Positions 17,596-27,791 of a stretch of 64,000 bases of DNA are shown here, one piece after another (the stretch's first letter is position 1; each line of letters starts with the position of its first letter). This DNA comes from Candidatus Latescibacterota bacterium (lineage in GTDB: Bacteria; Latescibacterota; UBA2968; UBA8231). A program made the position numbers and the translations under genes. The DNA is taken from the NCBI GenBank assembly GCA_965215195.1, contig CBDCDC010000002.1, forward strand, positions 1,824,001 to 1,888,000, in the 5' to 3' direction. Below the pieces are notes generated by a model. The model saw only the letters and a program-made list of their open reading frames with translations. It made no database searches and was not told the origin of the DNA.

Positions 17596-18588
17596 ATGCA
17601 AACGCCCTTTTTGCTCCTCGCCGCAATTTTTGTCGCCTGTAGCGACGCGCCGCAACCAGCGGCCAAGCCCCAACTCGCCTTTGTCACCAATGGCGTCGGT
17701 CCCTTTTGGACCATTGCCGCCAAAGGAGTCGAGGCCGCGGCCGCCGAATTTGCCGCCGACGCAGAGGTGCAAATGCCCGGCGAGGGAGTCGCCGACCAGA
17801 AGCGCATCGTCCAAGCCCTGCTGGCCCGCGGCATCGACGGCATGGCCATAAGCCCTATCGACCCGGACAATCAGACCAACCTGCTCAACGAGGCCGCCGC
17901 CCACACCAACCTGATCACCCACGACTCGGACGCGCCGCAAAGCAACCGCCTTTGCTTTATTGGCATCGACAACTACTCGGCCGGACGCGCCTGCGGGGCC
18001 CTGGTCAAAGAAGCCCTGCCCGACGGCGGAAATATCATGATCTTCGTCGGTCGCCTCGAACAGCTCAACGCCCGCCAGCGCCGCCAAGGCGTCCTCGACG
18101 AACTGCTCGATCGCTCCTTTGACCCGACGCGCCGCGACCCCAACAGCGGCCCGATCGCCGGCGACCAATACACCATTCTCGACACCCGCACCGACCAGTT
18201 CGACTACGCCAAAGCCAAAGCCCAAGTTGAAGACGCCATTGCCAAGTACCCGGACCTGCACGGCGTCGTCGGCCTATTTGCCTACAATCCGCCGATGTGC
18301 CTCGAAGCCATCAAGGAAGCCGGCAAGATCGGCCAGATCCAAATCATCGCCTTTGACGAGGAAGCCCCCACCCTCGAGGGCATCATCAACGGCCATATCT
18401 ACGGCACGGTGGTGCAAAACCCGTATCGCTACGGGTACGAGTCGGTGCGGATCCTCGCCGCTCTCGCCCGCGGCGACCGCTCGGTTTTGCCCGCCAGTGG
18501 GGTGCTCGACGTACCGGCGCGGTCCATCCGCCGCGACAATGTCGAAGCCTTTTGGGACGAATTGAAAACCCTGACCGGCACTCGCTAA
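17596..18588 (+). CDS. Sugar ABC transporter substrate-binding lipoprotein (RbsB-like)
   Basis: Lipobox FVAC; [32 protein letters not shown] motifs. Confidence 0.9.
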   Translation: MQTPFLLLAAIFVACSDAPQPAAKPQLAFVTNGVGPFWTIAAKGVEAAAAEFAADAEVQMPGEGVADQKRIVQALLARGIDGMAISPIDPDNQTNLLNEAAAHTNLITHDSDAPQSNRLCFIGIDNYSAGRACGALVKEALPDGGNIMIFVGRLEQLNARQRRQGVLDELLDRSFDPTRRDPNSGPIAGDQYTILDTRTDQFDYAKAKAQVEDAIAKYPDLHGVVGLFAYNPPMCLEAIKEAGKIGQIQIIAFDEEAPTLEGIINGHIYGTVVQNPYRYGYESVRILAALARGDRSVLPASGVLDVPARSIRRDNVEAFWDELKTLTGTR

Positions 18589-20078
18589 TGGCGCTGTTGG
18601 CTGCCCGCGGCATTAGCAAGCACTTTCCCGGGGTCCTTGCTCTCGACGCGGTGGATATGGCGGTGGAAGCAGGAGAAGTCCTCGCCGTCATCGGCGAAAA
18701 CGGGGCGGGCAAATCCACTCTGATGAAAATCCTCGCCGGCATTGAGACCCCGGACAGAGGCCAGATTGTGCGCGCTGGGGAATCGGTGATCATCGACTCG
18801 CCGCGCCGCGCTGCTGCGCTCGGCATCGCCCTGATCCACCAAGAGCTCAACTTTTGCGCCAATCTCTCGGTCGCCGCCAACCTCTACCTCGGCCGCGAGC
18901 CGCAGAAGTGGGGGCTGATCGACCGCGCCGCCATCCGCCGGGGGGCCGTCCAAGCCCTCGCGCAACTCGGGATCGAGGTGTCGCCGGACGCCCTGATGGG
19001 CGACTTGTCCATTGGCCACCAGCAGCTCGTCGAAATCGCCAAGGCACTCTCGACCCAAGCACGGGTTCTGATTATGGACGAGCCAACCTCCAGCCTCACC
19101 AGCCAAGAGGCCGAGGCTCTATTCGCAGTCATCGACGAGTTGCGCGGGCGCGGCGTGGCTATTGTCTATATCTCCCACCGCCTCGGAGAGGTCGCAGCCC
19201 TAGCGGACCGCGTCTTGGTCCTGTGCGACGGGCAAAACGCCGGTGAGCTGGCCCGAGCGGAGATTAGCCACGACGCCATGGTGGCGAAGATGGTCGGCCG
19301 CGACGTGGCCCAGTACTACGCGCACCAACCGCATCCGGCCGGCGACATCGCCCTCCAAGCCGCGGACTTGGTCCTCCCGGCTTGGCCCGATCACCGGCTC
19401 AACTTCGCGGTGCGGCGCGGGCAGCTCGTCGGCATCGCCGGTCTCGTCGGCGCGGGGCGCACCGAGCTGTTGCAGGTGCTCTTCGGCCTCGTCCCGGCGC
19501 TTGGTGGCCGCGTCCTCATCAACGGCGCACCGCACGCGATCCGCTCGCCGGCCGATGCCATTGGCGTCGGCTTGGCCCTCGTGCCCGAAGATCGCAAGCA
19601 ACAGGGCCTGATCCTCGAAATGGCCCTGCGCGACAACATCGGCCTGCCCGGCTTGGGGCACTACCAGCGCTTTGCCGGTTGGGCCAATTTTGCCCGCCAA
19701 GCCGCGGACGCCGAGCAAATGATCGAGCGTCTCGCCATCCGCACCCCCGGCCCGGCCCAGATCGTCCAGTACCTATCCGGCGGCAACCAGCAAAAGGCCG
19801 TGCTGGCCAAGTGGCTGGCGCTCGCGCCCCGCGTGTTGCTGCTCGACGAACCGACCCGGGGCATTGACGTGGGGGCCAAACAAGCGATTTATCGCCTGAT
19901 GGAAGAGTTGGCCGCCAGCGGCGTGGCCGTGCTGTTTGCGTCGAGTGAGTTGGAGGAAATTCTGGGGATGGCCGATGAGGTGCTGGTCATGCACGAGGGC
20001 CGCATTACCGGCCAACTCCAGCGGGACGCGCTCAGCGAGGAGGCGATTATGCACTTGGCGACCGGGAAGGCGGCTTAG
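18588..20078 (+). CDS. Sugar ABC transporter ATP-binding protein (RbsA-like)
   Basis: GENGAGKST, MDEPT, LSGGNQQK, DEPTRGIDVGAK; TAATG overlap with upstream gene. Confidence 0.95.
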   Translation: MALLAARGISKHFPGVLALDAVDMAVEAGEVLAVIGENGAGKSTLMKILAGIETPDRGQIVRAGESVIIDSPRRAAALGIALIHQELNFCANLSVAANLYLGREPQKWGLIDRAAIRRGAVQALAQLGIEVSPDALMGDLSIGHQQLVEIAKALSTQARVLIMDEPTSSLTSQEAEALFAVIDELRGRGVAIVYISHRLGEVAALADRVLVLCDGQNAGELARAEISHDAMVAKMVGRDVAQYYAHQPHPAGDIALQAADLVLPAWPDHRLNFAVRRGQLVGIAGLVGAGRTELLQVLFGLVPALGGRVLINGAPHAIRSPADAIGVGLALVPEDRKQQGLILEMALRDNIGLPGLGHYQRFAGWANFARQAADAEQMIERLAIRTPGPAQIVQYLSGGNQQKAVLAKWLALAPRVLLLDEPTRGIDVGAKQAIYRLMEELAASGVAVLFASSELEEILGMADEVLVMHEGRITGQLQRDALSEEAIMHLATGKAA

Positions 20079-20126
20079 ATACGTGCCTTGTCCTACAATC
20101 GCAAGAGGGCCGACGCGGGGTTTAAG

Positions 20127-21095
20127 ATGAAGCAGATACTGGGTATTCTCGGCTTGTTGCTGGCGATTTTTGTGGTCACTTGGATCGTCGAACCTAAGTT
20201 TGTCAGTGCCTATAACTTGCAAAATATCACGCGCTGGACCTCGCTATTTGGCATCATTTCCATCGGCGTGGCCTTTGTCATCATCACGGGCGGTATTGAC
20301 TTGTCGATTGGCTCGTTGATCGGCTTGGTGGGGTGTCTGCTGCCCATGCTCTTAGCCGCTGGATGCACACCGGCCACGGCGCTGGTGGCCGTCGTGGTTT
20401 TGTCTCTAACCATTGGGTTGATGCACGGCTTGCTGATCACGCGCCTGCGGCTGCAGCCGTTTGTCGTGACGCTGTGTGGTCTGTTGTTCTACCGCGGCTT
20501 TGCCCGCTGGCTCACCCACGACCAAGTCCAGGGCTTTGGCTCGTCCTACGAGGGCCTGCGCCAACTGGCGATTGGCAAGGTCGCGCTGGGCAGTGGCTTT
20601 GCGCTGCCGATTCCATTTTTCCTCTTGGTGCTTGTCGGGGTTTTGGCCGCCCTCTTTCTCAACCGCACGATATGGGGCCGCTACCTGTTGGCACTGGGCC
20701 GCAACGAGACGGCGGCGCGGTACAGCGGGATCCAAATTGAGCGGATGAAGGTTTTGGCGTACGTCTTGTGCTCGGGCACCGCTGGCTTGGGGGGCATCCT
20801 CTTCGCCCTCGACGTCAACTCGGTGCAACCGGCCGCGCACGGCAATTTCTACGAACTGTATGCAATTGCCGCGGCCGTGTTGGGGGGCTGTTCCCTGCGC
20901 GGCGGCGAGGGGTCGATTTTGGGGGTCGTCATTGGTGCGGCCGTCATGCGGTTGCTCTACAATGCCATCAATGTGTCCGGCATCCCCACCCAACTCGAAT
21001 TTGCCATTATCGGTGCGGTGATTTTGGCGGGGGTCATGGCCGACGAGTTGATCCGCCGCGTGGCCGGGAGGCGACGAGCGGGACGGGGGGATTAG
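20127..21095 (+). CDS. Sugar ABC transporter permease (RbsC-like)
   Basis: GGIDLSIG, QPFVVTL, YELYAIAAAVLGG.SL.GG.G motifs. Confidence 0.93.
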   Translation: MKQILGILGLLLAIFVVTWIVEPKFVSAYNLQNITRWTSLFGIISIGVAFVIITGGIDLSIGSLIGLVGCLLPMLLAAGCTPATALVAVVVLSLTIGLMHGLLITRLRLQPFVVTLCGLLFYRGFARWLTHDQVQGFGSSYEGLRQLAIGKVALGSGFALPIPFFLLVLVGVLAALFLNRTIWGRYLLALGRNETAARYSGIQIERMKVLAYVLCSGTAGLGGILFALDVNSVQPAAHGNFYELYAIAAAVLGGCSLRGGEGSILGVVIGAAVMRLLYNAINVSGIPTQLEFAIIGAVILAGVMADELIRRVAGRRRAGRGD

Positions 21096-21104
21096 GCGAT
21101 GGAC

Positions 21105-21135
21105 CTTAGTACACCTCAAAACTGCGTAACGTCAG
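21105..21135. repeat. 31-bp relic joining the ends of two different MITE families
   Basis: CTTAGTACAC (same as 10507-10516) followed 6 bp later by ACTGCGTAACGTCAG (same as 50434-50448). Confidence 0.6.
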
Positions 21136-21204
21136 AACTTGATAACGCATTCGCATTCAAGGGCGTACCCACAGGAGGGGTCGCGTACTGAGGCCATGAC
21201 GTTA

Positions 21205-21657
21205 TCACGGCTTTGCCGTTCCCAGCCAATCGACGAAAGCCGCTGGCGACTCAACTACCACGCGGCCGTTGAGCGACTCGTGTTCAAAGCCGCACATTTG
21301 GTCGCCGACAAAGGCGAATGCGCCAGTGGTCTGTGGAATAAAGGCCAGCGCAAAGGTCAAATCGGGCACGGCCACCTGCTGTAGGTCGAGATGGGGCAGG
21401 GCAAAGGTGTAGATGTAATCTCGACTCGTCAGTTCGAGTTCAACCGCGATGCCGAGCGGCAGGTGCAATTCCTTCCCCGGCTTGGTGATGTCGTCGGCCG
21501 TGTGCAATGCGCCGTCGGGGCCTGGGTAGCGAAATTGCCAGGTGAACGCTTCCCCGCTGATTTGGATGTGTAGCGGCCCTGGGGGCAGGGCGGGCGTACA
21601 ACCGGCCGCTCCCAACGCGACTAAGCCCCACAGGGCAATCCCCGTACTGTGGCGCAT
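21205..21657 (-). CDS. Cytochrome c oxidase subunit II-like cupredoxin lipoprotein with degenerate CuA site
   Basis: Lipobox AAGC; FTWQFRYPG, ELHLP, LTSRDYIYTF, MCGFEH match the COX2 periplasmic domain. Confidence 0.75.
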   Translation of the reverse strand: MRHSTGIALWGLVALGAAGCTPALPPGPLHIQISGEAFTWQFRYPGPDGALHTADDITKPGKELHLPLGIAVELELTSRDYIYTFALPHLDLQQVAVPDLTFALAFIPQTTGAFAFVGDQMCGFEHESLNGRVVVESPAAFVDWLGTAKP

Positions 21658-21816
21658 ATACCCTTCCTCAATCAGCGGTTTTCCGTCGCTTACTCCAACA
21701 GCTCGGCAGGCGCAAATAAACCGCCTCGTTCCGCCCTGTCAAGCGGCTTTACACGCGCGCTTTGTCTCCCTAAAATCATCCGCACAACTCTCTACAATCC
21801 TCTCAGGAGTACCCCC

Positions 21817-23754
21817 ATGCAAAGCCTGACCGCCAATATCCCGCTCAACGCGCCCGCCCATTGGGCCGTGTGGCAGCGTCGCCTCTTCGAGGCCTTAGAT
21901 CAATCGGTGCAGCCCTTTCTCGACCACTTCACCCGCGAGGACGGCGAATTCATCTGGCAGGACGAGTGGGGCGGCGGCAGCCCCGACGATTTCTACGAGC
22001 CTTTTTTTAATTGGCCACTCGTTTATCTCATGGGCGGCGGCGAGCACCTGTTGCACCTAGCCGACCGCCAGTGGGAGGCCATCACCCGCCAACTGACCCG
22101 CTTGGGCACGGTCAGCAAGGAATACGGCATCCGCGAAGACCAGATGCACCAAGCCGAAAGCGACGTCTGCTTTTACCACTTGTGCCTAGCCCACCCCAAC
22201 GCCCCCCGGCGCGTCGAACGGGCCTGCCGCTTTGCCGGCTTTTACCTCAACGAAGACCCGGAAGCGCAAAACTACGACCCGGAGCACAAAATCCTGCGCT
22301 CGGGCCTCAACGGCAGCCACGGCCCCTATTTCGCCCCGCTGGCCGAGCGCGACCAGCAAAGCTACAACCCCTTGGGCAGCAGCATGGAAGTGTACGACCT
22401 GCCCTTTTTCGACTTGCCCGGCATCACTTGCGTACAGGACTTGGCCGACCCGGCCAAAGCCCGCCTGATGGGGCAGACCCTGTTCGACCGCTGGCGTCAG
22501 GGCGACACCCCGACCAATTTGGCCGTCACCTCGCTGGCTACCAATGCCTTCCTGATCACCGGCGATGAAAAATACCGCGCTTGGGTAGTGGAGTACACCG
22601 ACGCTTGGGTGGAGCGGGCCCGGGCCAACGGCGGTATGTTGCCCGACAACGTCGGCCTGTCGGGCCAAGTGGGCGAATACTGCGCTGGCAACTGGTACGG
22701 CGGGCGCTACGGCTGGACCTTTCCGCACGGCTTTTTGACCTTGCAGAAAGCTACGCTCGACGCGGCCGCCAACGCCTACCTGTTGACCCGCGATCGCGCC
22801 TATCTCGACCTGCCGCGCCAGCAGATGGACCGCATCTTGGAACAAGGGCGCATGGAGGATATTCGCGACCAGTACATGAGCGTGGCCGAGCGCTGGGCGA
22901 GCCAATTTGCCGCCATGGGCGAGCAGCGCGAAACCTTGCTGGTGCCCTACCGCTATGGCGACGCCGGCTGGTTCGACTGGCAGCCCATGAGTCCGGTGTA
23001 CCCGGTGACCCTGTGGAATCTCTCCATGGACGAGGGCGACTGGGAGCGCATGGAGGCCATTCGGCAAAAAGAAGCATTCGACTGGGCCGCGGTGTTCCCC
23101 TTTCACAACAAAGAAGACTCGGGCCACGAGGCCCCTTGGGTGCGCTTTCTGGCCGGGGCCAACCCGGCCTATCCAGAGCACATGTTGCAGGCCACGTACC
23201 AAGTGGCCGGCCGCCGCTTAGCCCAACTGCGCTCCGACCAAGACGTGGGCACTCGCCACCACGTCCACCACTGGCAATGGGGCAACCCCGTCTCCTCCGA
23301 AGCGCTCATCCAGCTCACTATGGGCGGCCCACAGCCCATCTACAACGGCGGTTTGCTGCACGCCCGCCTGCGCTATTTTGACGCCCAGCGCCGCCGACCC
23401 GGCCTGCCCGAAGACGTCGGGGCCTTGGTGGAAAAGCTCGCAGCGGACCGCACGGTCGTGCGCTTGGTCAATTTGAACCACAATGAGCGTAGGGAACTGG
23501 TCATTCAGGGCGGGGCCTTTGGCGAGCACCGCTTTGGCCGGGCTGCGTATCAAAGCCGCACCAGCGAGTACCCGGGCTGGATGGGCGGCTATGCCGGCAC
23601 GTACGCGGCCCCGCCCTTAGAGACTGAAGAGCGCCAAGTAGCCGTCGACGGCAAACACCTGAGCATCACCTTACCCCCCCATTGCGAAATCACCCTCGCT
23701 ATAGAAACCCAGCGCTACGTCAACGAGCCGTCGCACCACGCCGGGCCGTTTTAG
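21817..23754 (+). CDS. Conserved hypothetical protein, possibly alpha/alpha-toroid glycoside hydrolase/lyase-like
   Basis: AGGAG RBS, ATG 21817; 645 aa, Trp/Tyr-rich, DDFYE motif, no signal peptide; fold is a guess. Confidence 0.6.
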   Translation: MQSLTANIPLNAPAHWAVWQRRLFEALDQSVQPFLDHFTREDGEFIWQDEWGGGSPDDFYEPFFNWPLVYLMGGGEHLLHLADRQWEAITRQLTRLGTVSKEYGIREDQMHQAESDVCFYHLCLAHPNAPRRVERACRFAGFYLNEDPEAQNYDPEHKILRSGLNGSHGPYFAPLAERDQQSYNPLGSSMEVYDLPFFDLPGITCVQDLADPAKARLMGQTLFDRWRQGDTPTNLAVTSLATNAFLITGDEKYRAWVVEYTDAWVERARANGGMLPDNVGLSGQVGEYCAGNWYGGRYGWTFPHGFLTLQKATLDAAANAYLLTRDRAYLDLPRQQMDRILEQGRMEDIRDQYMSVAERWASQFAAMGEQRETLLVPYRYGDAGWFDWQPMSPVYPVTLWNLSMDEGDWERMEAIRQKEAFDWAAVFPFHNKEDSGHEAPWVRFLAGANPAYPEHMLQATYQVAGRRLAQLRSDQDVGTRHHVHHWQWGNPVSSEALIQLTMGGPQPIYNGGLLHARLRYFDAQRRRPGLPEDVGALVEKLAADRTVVRLVNLNHNERRELVIQGGAFGEHRFGRAAYQSRTSEYPGWMGGYAGTYAAPPLETEERQVAVDGKHLSITLPPHCEITLAIETQRYVNEPSHHAGPF

Positions 23755-23792
23755 GGGATGGTCCGGCCAAGCCGACGAGGTAGGGTGGCCCT

Positions 23793-25487
23793 TTAGCGGC
23801 GGAACCAAGCAGCAATGGCGTCGCGGCCGAGCGCGTTGGGGACATCGGCGGCGCAAAGCCAGCCCTTGCGGGCGATGCCGATGCCGTAGCCGAGATGGTC
23901 TAGGCCGGCGATGCTGTGGGCGTCGGTATTGACGGCGATTTGGACGCCGTGGTTGCGGGCCTTTTTGACGTGCCGCCAGTCGAGATCGAGCCGCGCTGGA
24001 TGGGCGTTGATTTCGAGGGCGACCTCACAGCGGGCGGCGGCTTCGATGATTTGTTCGACATCGACGGCGTAGCCTTCGCGCTTGAGGAGCAAGCGCCCGG
24101 TTGGATGGCCGACGATGGTGGCCGCCGGATGCTCAATGGCGCGGACGATGCGCGCGGTCATGGCGTCGCGGCTCAGGTTGAATTGCGAATGGACTGAGAC
24201 GACCACGAAGTCGAATTGCGCGAGCAGGTCGTCGTCGTAGTCAAGCGAGCCATCGCCGCGGATATCCGACTCAATGCCCTTGAAGATGCGGAAGGGGGCT
24301 AGCGCCTCGTTGAGCCGGTCGATTTCCTCCCACTGGCGTTGGACCTCGGCAACGCTAAGCCCTCCGGCGTAGGCCGCGGTCTGGCTGTGGTCGGCAATGC
24401 CCATGTACTCAAAGCCGCGTTCCCGCACGGCACAGGCCATGGCCTCCAGGCTGTCGGCTCCATCCGAATAGGTCGAATGCACGTGGAGCAGGCCGCGAAT
24501 GTCGGCGGCCGTTACCAGCTCGGGTAGGGCATTGGCGGCCGCGGCCTCAACTTCACCTTGGTTTTCGCGCAGCTCCGGCCGAATGTATGCGAGGCCCAAG
24601 GCGGCGAACAAAGCCGCCTCATCAGCGCACTCAATGCGCTCGGCACCGCGCCACAGACCGCGTTCATCGAGGACCAGACCGCGCCCTGCGGCCCTATCGC
24701 GCAGTGCGGCGCGGTGGTCCTCGCTGCCTGTGTAGGAGTGTAGGGCTGCGGGGAAGGCCTCGTCTGGGACCACGTGCAAGTTGGCGTGCAGTCCGCTGTG
24801 TAACCTTCCCGCGCTCGGCGCGAGGACTTCGGCGATATCCGGGTGGCCCGCAAAGGCCGCAGCCACGGCATCGGCGTCGGTGGTGCTGAGCACGAGGTCG
24901 AGCTGTTGAACCGTCTCCCGTGCGCGGCGCAGCCCACCGGCGACGGCGAGACGCTGCGCGTGGGGGCGCAGGGCGGCGAGTAGGCTTTGGGCGCTTTGCC
25001 GCGCGCTATCGACGCGGCAGTGGCCCTCGTGAGCGCGGATGAATTCAACGCCCTTGAGGATGGTTGCCTCGGTCTTGGGGCCAAAGCCCTTGAGGGCGGC
25101 GAGTTGGCCGGCGCGGCCGGCTTGCGCCAAGGCGTCGAGGGTCTCAATGCCGAGGGCCTTGCGGATGGCGTTGATCTTGCGCGGCCCCAACCCGGGGACC
25201 CGCAGCATGTCGAGCAGACCTTCGGGCGTTGCGGCCCGCAGCGTTTCATAGGCTTGGGCCGTGCCGGTGGCGGCGAATTCGGCAACCAGCGCGGCCACGC
25301 TGTCGCCGATGCCTTTGACCTCGGTCAAAGTCCCGGCCGCGAGGAGCTCGTCGAGGGGGGACGTTAGGGTTTCGAGGGCGCGCACGGCATTGGCGTACGC
25401 GCGGACGCGGAAGGAGGAAGCCCCGCTGAGTTCGAGGAGGGTGGCGTACTCTTCGACAAAATCCGCTGCAATCCGGGCCGTTATCAT
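23793..25487 (-). CDS. polX: DNA polymerase X-family / PHP 3'-5' exonuclease
   Basis: FRVRAY, HhH motifs (VKGIG, VPGLGP, LKGFG), YIRPELRE; PHP motifs HVHSTYSDG, DHS, GHPTG, NTDAH. Confidence 0.93.
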   Translation of the reverse strand: MITARIAADFVEEYATLLELSGASSFRVRAYANAVRALETLTSPLDELLAAGTLTEVKGIGDSVAALVAEFAATGTAQAYETLRAATPEGLLDMLRVPGLGPRKINAIRKALGIETLDALAQAGRAGQLAALKGFGPKTEATILKGVEFIRAHEGHCRVDSARQSAQSLLAALRPHAQRLAVAGGLRRARETVQQLDLVLSTTDADAVAAAFAGHPDIAEVLAPSAGRLHSGLHANLHVVPDEAFPAALHSYTGSEDHRAALRDRAAGRGLVLDERGLWRGAERIECADEAALFAALGLAYIRPELRENQGEVEAAAANALPELVTAADIRGLLHVHSTYSDGADSLEAMACAVRERGFEYMGIADHSQTAAYAGGLSVAEVQRQWEEIDRLNEALAPFRIFKGIESDIRGDGSLDYDDDLLAQFDFVVVSVHSQFNLSRDAMTARIVRAIEHPAATIVGHPTGRLLLKREGYAVDVEQIIEAAARCEVALEINAHPARLDLDWRHVKKARNHGVQIAVNTDAHSIAGLDHLGYGIGIARKGWLCAADVPNALGRDAIAAWFRR

Positions 25488-26269
25488 TGCTTTTGCTCGT
25501 GCATCAGGTGGAGGATGTGTGATACCAGCGGCGCGTTGCCGGCGGCGAGTCCGCCGGGGATGAGGGGGTCTGCTTGGTTGTAGGTCCGCACTTGGTGGTC
25601 GCACGTGTGCATGAGGCCGCCGGCTTCGCGCACCAATAGGTCGCCAGCGCAGACGTCCCACTCGTTTTTGTCTTGGACGCTAAAGTTGAGGTCGCAGGCC
25701 CCGGCGGCGACTAGGGCTAGCTTGTAGGCGACGCTGCCGACCGGGCGGATTGCGCCGAGGTGCGGGCGAAAGGGGTCAATTTCGCCGCGGCTGGTCTCGC
25801 TGCGGCTGACGACGGCCGTGGCTTGGCCGAGGGACTGGACCTCGCTGCAAAACACGCGCTGGCCATTGCGGAAGGTGCCGCTGCCAGACGCGGCGGCAAA
25901 AACTTCCTCCTGCGCGGGGTTGTAGATAACCGCTAGGATCGGCTCGCCGCCTTCGACTAAGGCTACGGCGACCACGTATTCGGGAATGCCTTCGACAAAC
26001 TCGCGGGTGCCGTCTATTGGATCGACGATCCACACGGCTTCTTTTGCCAAACGTTGGCGATCATCAACGGTCTCTTCGGAGAGCCAGCCGCAGTCTGGGC
26101 GCAGATCCCGCAGGGCTTTTTTGAGGTAGGCGTCGGCTTGGAGATCGGCCGCGGTAAGCGGATCGTTTCGGTCTTTGTAGGCGACTTCGAGTGGCCCGCC
26201 GAAGTACTGCAAGGTCAGCATCCCGGCCTCGCGGGTGGCTGCTATGGCTTGTTGGAGTTGGGCCTGCAT
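25484..26269 (-). CDS. Inositol monophosphatase family / CysQ-like 3'(2'),5'-bisphosphate nucleotidase
   Basis: LSEE, WIVDPIDGT, EWDVCAG motifs; ATGA overlap with polX. Confidence 0.9.
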   Translation of the reverse strand: MQAQLQQAIAATREAGMLTLQYFGGPLEVAYKDRNDPLTAADLQADAYLKKALRDLRPDCGWLSEETVDDRQRLAKEAVWIVDPIDGTREFVEGIPEYVVAVALVEGGEPILAVIYNPAQEEVFAAASGSGTFRNGQRVFCSEVQSLGQATAVVSRSETSRGEIDPFRPHLGAIRPVGSVAYKLALVAAGACDLNFSVQDKNEWDVCAGDLLVREAGGLMHTCDHQVRTYNQADPLIPGGLAAGNAPLVSHILHLMHEQKQ

Positions 26270-26332
26270 GAGAGAATTTGAAAATAGGGGTTGGCGTTGG
26301 AGGGAGCAATGGGCTGCGCCGGGTCATGGTGC

Positions 26333-26362
26333 TTGACAAGACGAAGAAGCGTCGGGTAGATT
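26333..26362 (+). promoter_or_regulatory. Putative sigma70 promoter
   Basis: TTGACA (26333), 18 bp, TAGATT (26357) upstream of the 26399 gene. Confidence 0.5.
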
Positions 26363-26398
26363 GAAAAAGCAGAATCGACAATTTCAAATGAGGTGAAA

Positions 26399-27019
26399 AT
26401 GCGACTATGGATTTGGCTGCCGGCGATTTTGCTGGTGGCCCGCGGGGCCGAGGCGGCCATGGAGACAGAACAGGTGCGGAGCCTGCTACAAGAGATGCAG
26501 GCCGAAGAGACGTGGGGCGAAGCCGTGCTTGCCGATGGCCGGGTGCGCTCGTTGCGCGTGGAGGAGATTGAGGCGGATTCGGTAGCGGTCGTCGAGGTCG
26601 TCGGTGCCTTGCAGGAGCGGGAGGCCGCATACTCGCTGGCCGACATTCGCTCGCTGCGCACGCTGGGGACGCATCGCATTCAGTCGCGCCGCACCGCGTA
26701 CCAACAGCCAAAGTCCGGGCTGTTGGCCTTCCTGCTAGAGCTACCCGTGCCGGGCGCGGGCTATTTCTACATTGGAGAGCACAAACAAGGGCTCGCGCTC
26801 ATGGGCTTGACGGTGACGGCTGTGGGGACAGCTTATCTGACCGGTGCGGAGACCGCAGCCGGTTGGGTGCCGCTGTCAGCGTGGGTCAAGATCGCGTCGC
26901 TAGCCCACCTGCGCGACCAAGTCCAAGCCATCAACGAGGTGGCCACGAGCGTTGAGCTGGGCGCTCTGCCCGGGCGCGAAGCGGCCGTCCCCGCTCTGCG
27001 GCTGAAGCTGTCTTTTTAG
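26399..27019 (+). CDS. Hypothetical exported/membrane protein
   Basis: GAGG RBS; signal peptide; KS..LA.LL..PG.G.FY.G TM2-like motif; ends LKLSF. Confidence 0.7.
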   Translation: MRLWIWLPAILLVARGAEAAMETEQVRSLLQEMQAEETWGEAVLADGRVRSLRVEEIEADSVAVVEVVGALQEREAAYSLADIRSLRTLGTHRIQSRRTAYQQPKSGLLAFLLELPVPGAGYFYIGEHKQGLALMGLTVTAVGTAYLTGAETAAGWVPLSAWVKIASLAHLRDQVQAINEVATSVELGALPGREAAVPALRLKLSF

Positions 27020-27070
27020 GGCGTACGCAGGCTTCTGCTGGCCCTGCGCTACCGGTACGCGGAACACGTC

Positions 27071-27785
27071 TTGCACATCAACTATATAGCCCAACCGGAT
27101 ACCCAACTAGGAAACGTTCTGTCGACGATGCTCGATGCCGACCCTCCGGCGTCGAGCATCGTTTTTGTTTCAGCCTTTGCGAGCGTTCAAACCATCATGC
27201 GCGTGAAACGGCAAATCCTTGGGTTGAAAGAAAGCGGCAGCGATATCCGTTTCGTGCTCGGGTGTGCGGGCACGGCGCACAGCGGCGAAGAAGGAGGCTG
27301 CGGCGGACGACCAAACCCGAGGGCTCCTCCTTCCGGCGGCTTTCTATATGACACTTCCTACCTTGCAGGGAGACATTCCTGGAGAGGGGCGCGTCCCGCT
27401 TGAGGCGATTGAACTGGCGAAGGAGTTTTGGGGTTGGCCAGATGAATACGCAAGAGAAGTTAGTACCCAAGGTAAGAGCATCAGGGTGTACTGGAACTGG
27501 CGGCCCAAGTGGAGGGTATGGAGCGTGGAGGCACCCGGTACTATTATCACGCAAGAGGTCCGTATGTACATGTATGAGAACAGCTCGGATTTTCGCTTTT
27601 ATGTGCGTCCTCTAGTCAACGCCGGCGGCAATTTTGGGGATGTTGTGCGCATGCGACGGATCGCCGAACCCGATGCGGAGTACGAATGCGCACTGGCACG
27701 TCAGAATACGCCTGAATATAAAGAGTGGATCAAGGCGTGTACGCAGCCCGTCCGCAGCAGCACAAGGCGCTTTGGCTACGCCTGA
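27071..27785 (+). pseudogene. Internally deleted, frameshifted phospholipase-D-family restriction endonuclease-like gene
   Basis: N-terminal frame (…IVFVSAFAS…IRFVLG) resembles the start of PLD-type nucleases but switches frame at about 27263 to a C-terminal domain (EFWGWP…YENSSDFRF…TRRFGYA); no HxK motif; convergent with a methyltransferase. Confidence 0.6.
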
Positions 27786-27791
27786 GTGCGT

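Noticed and set aside
17467-18261. N-terminal extension of the 630-aa minus-strand ORF
   Set aside because: Antisense shadow of the sugar-binding protein; galM has its own RBS and ATG at 17466.
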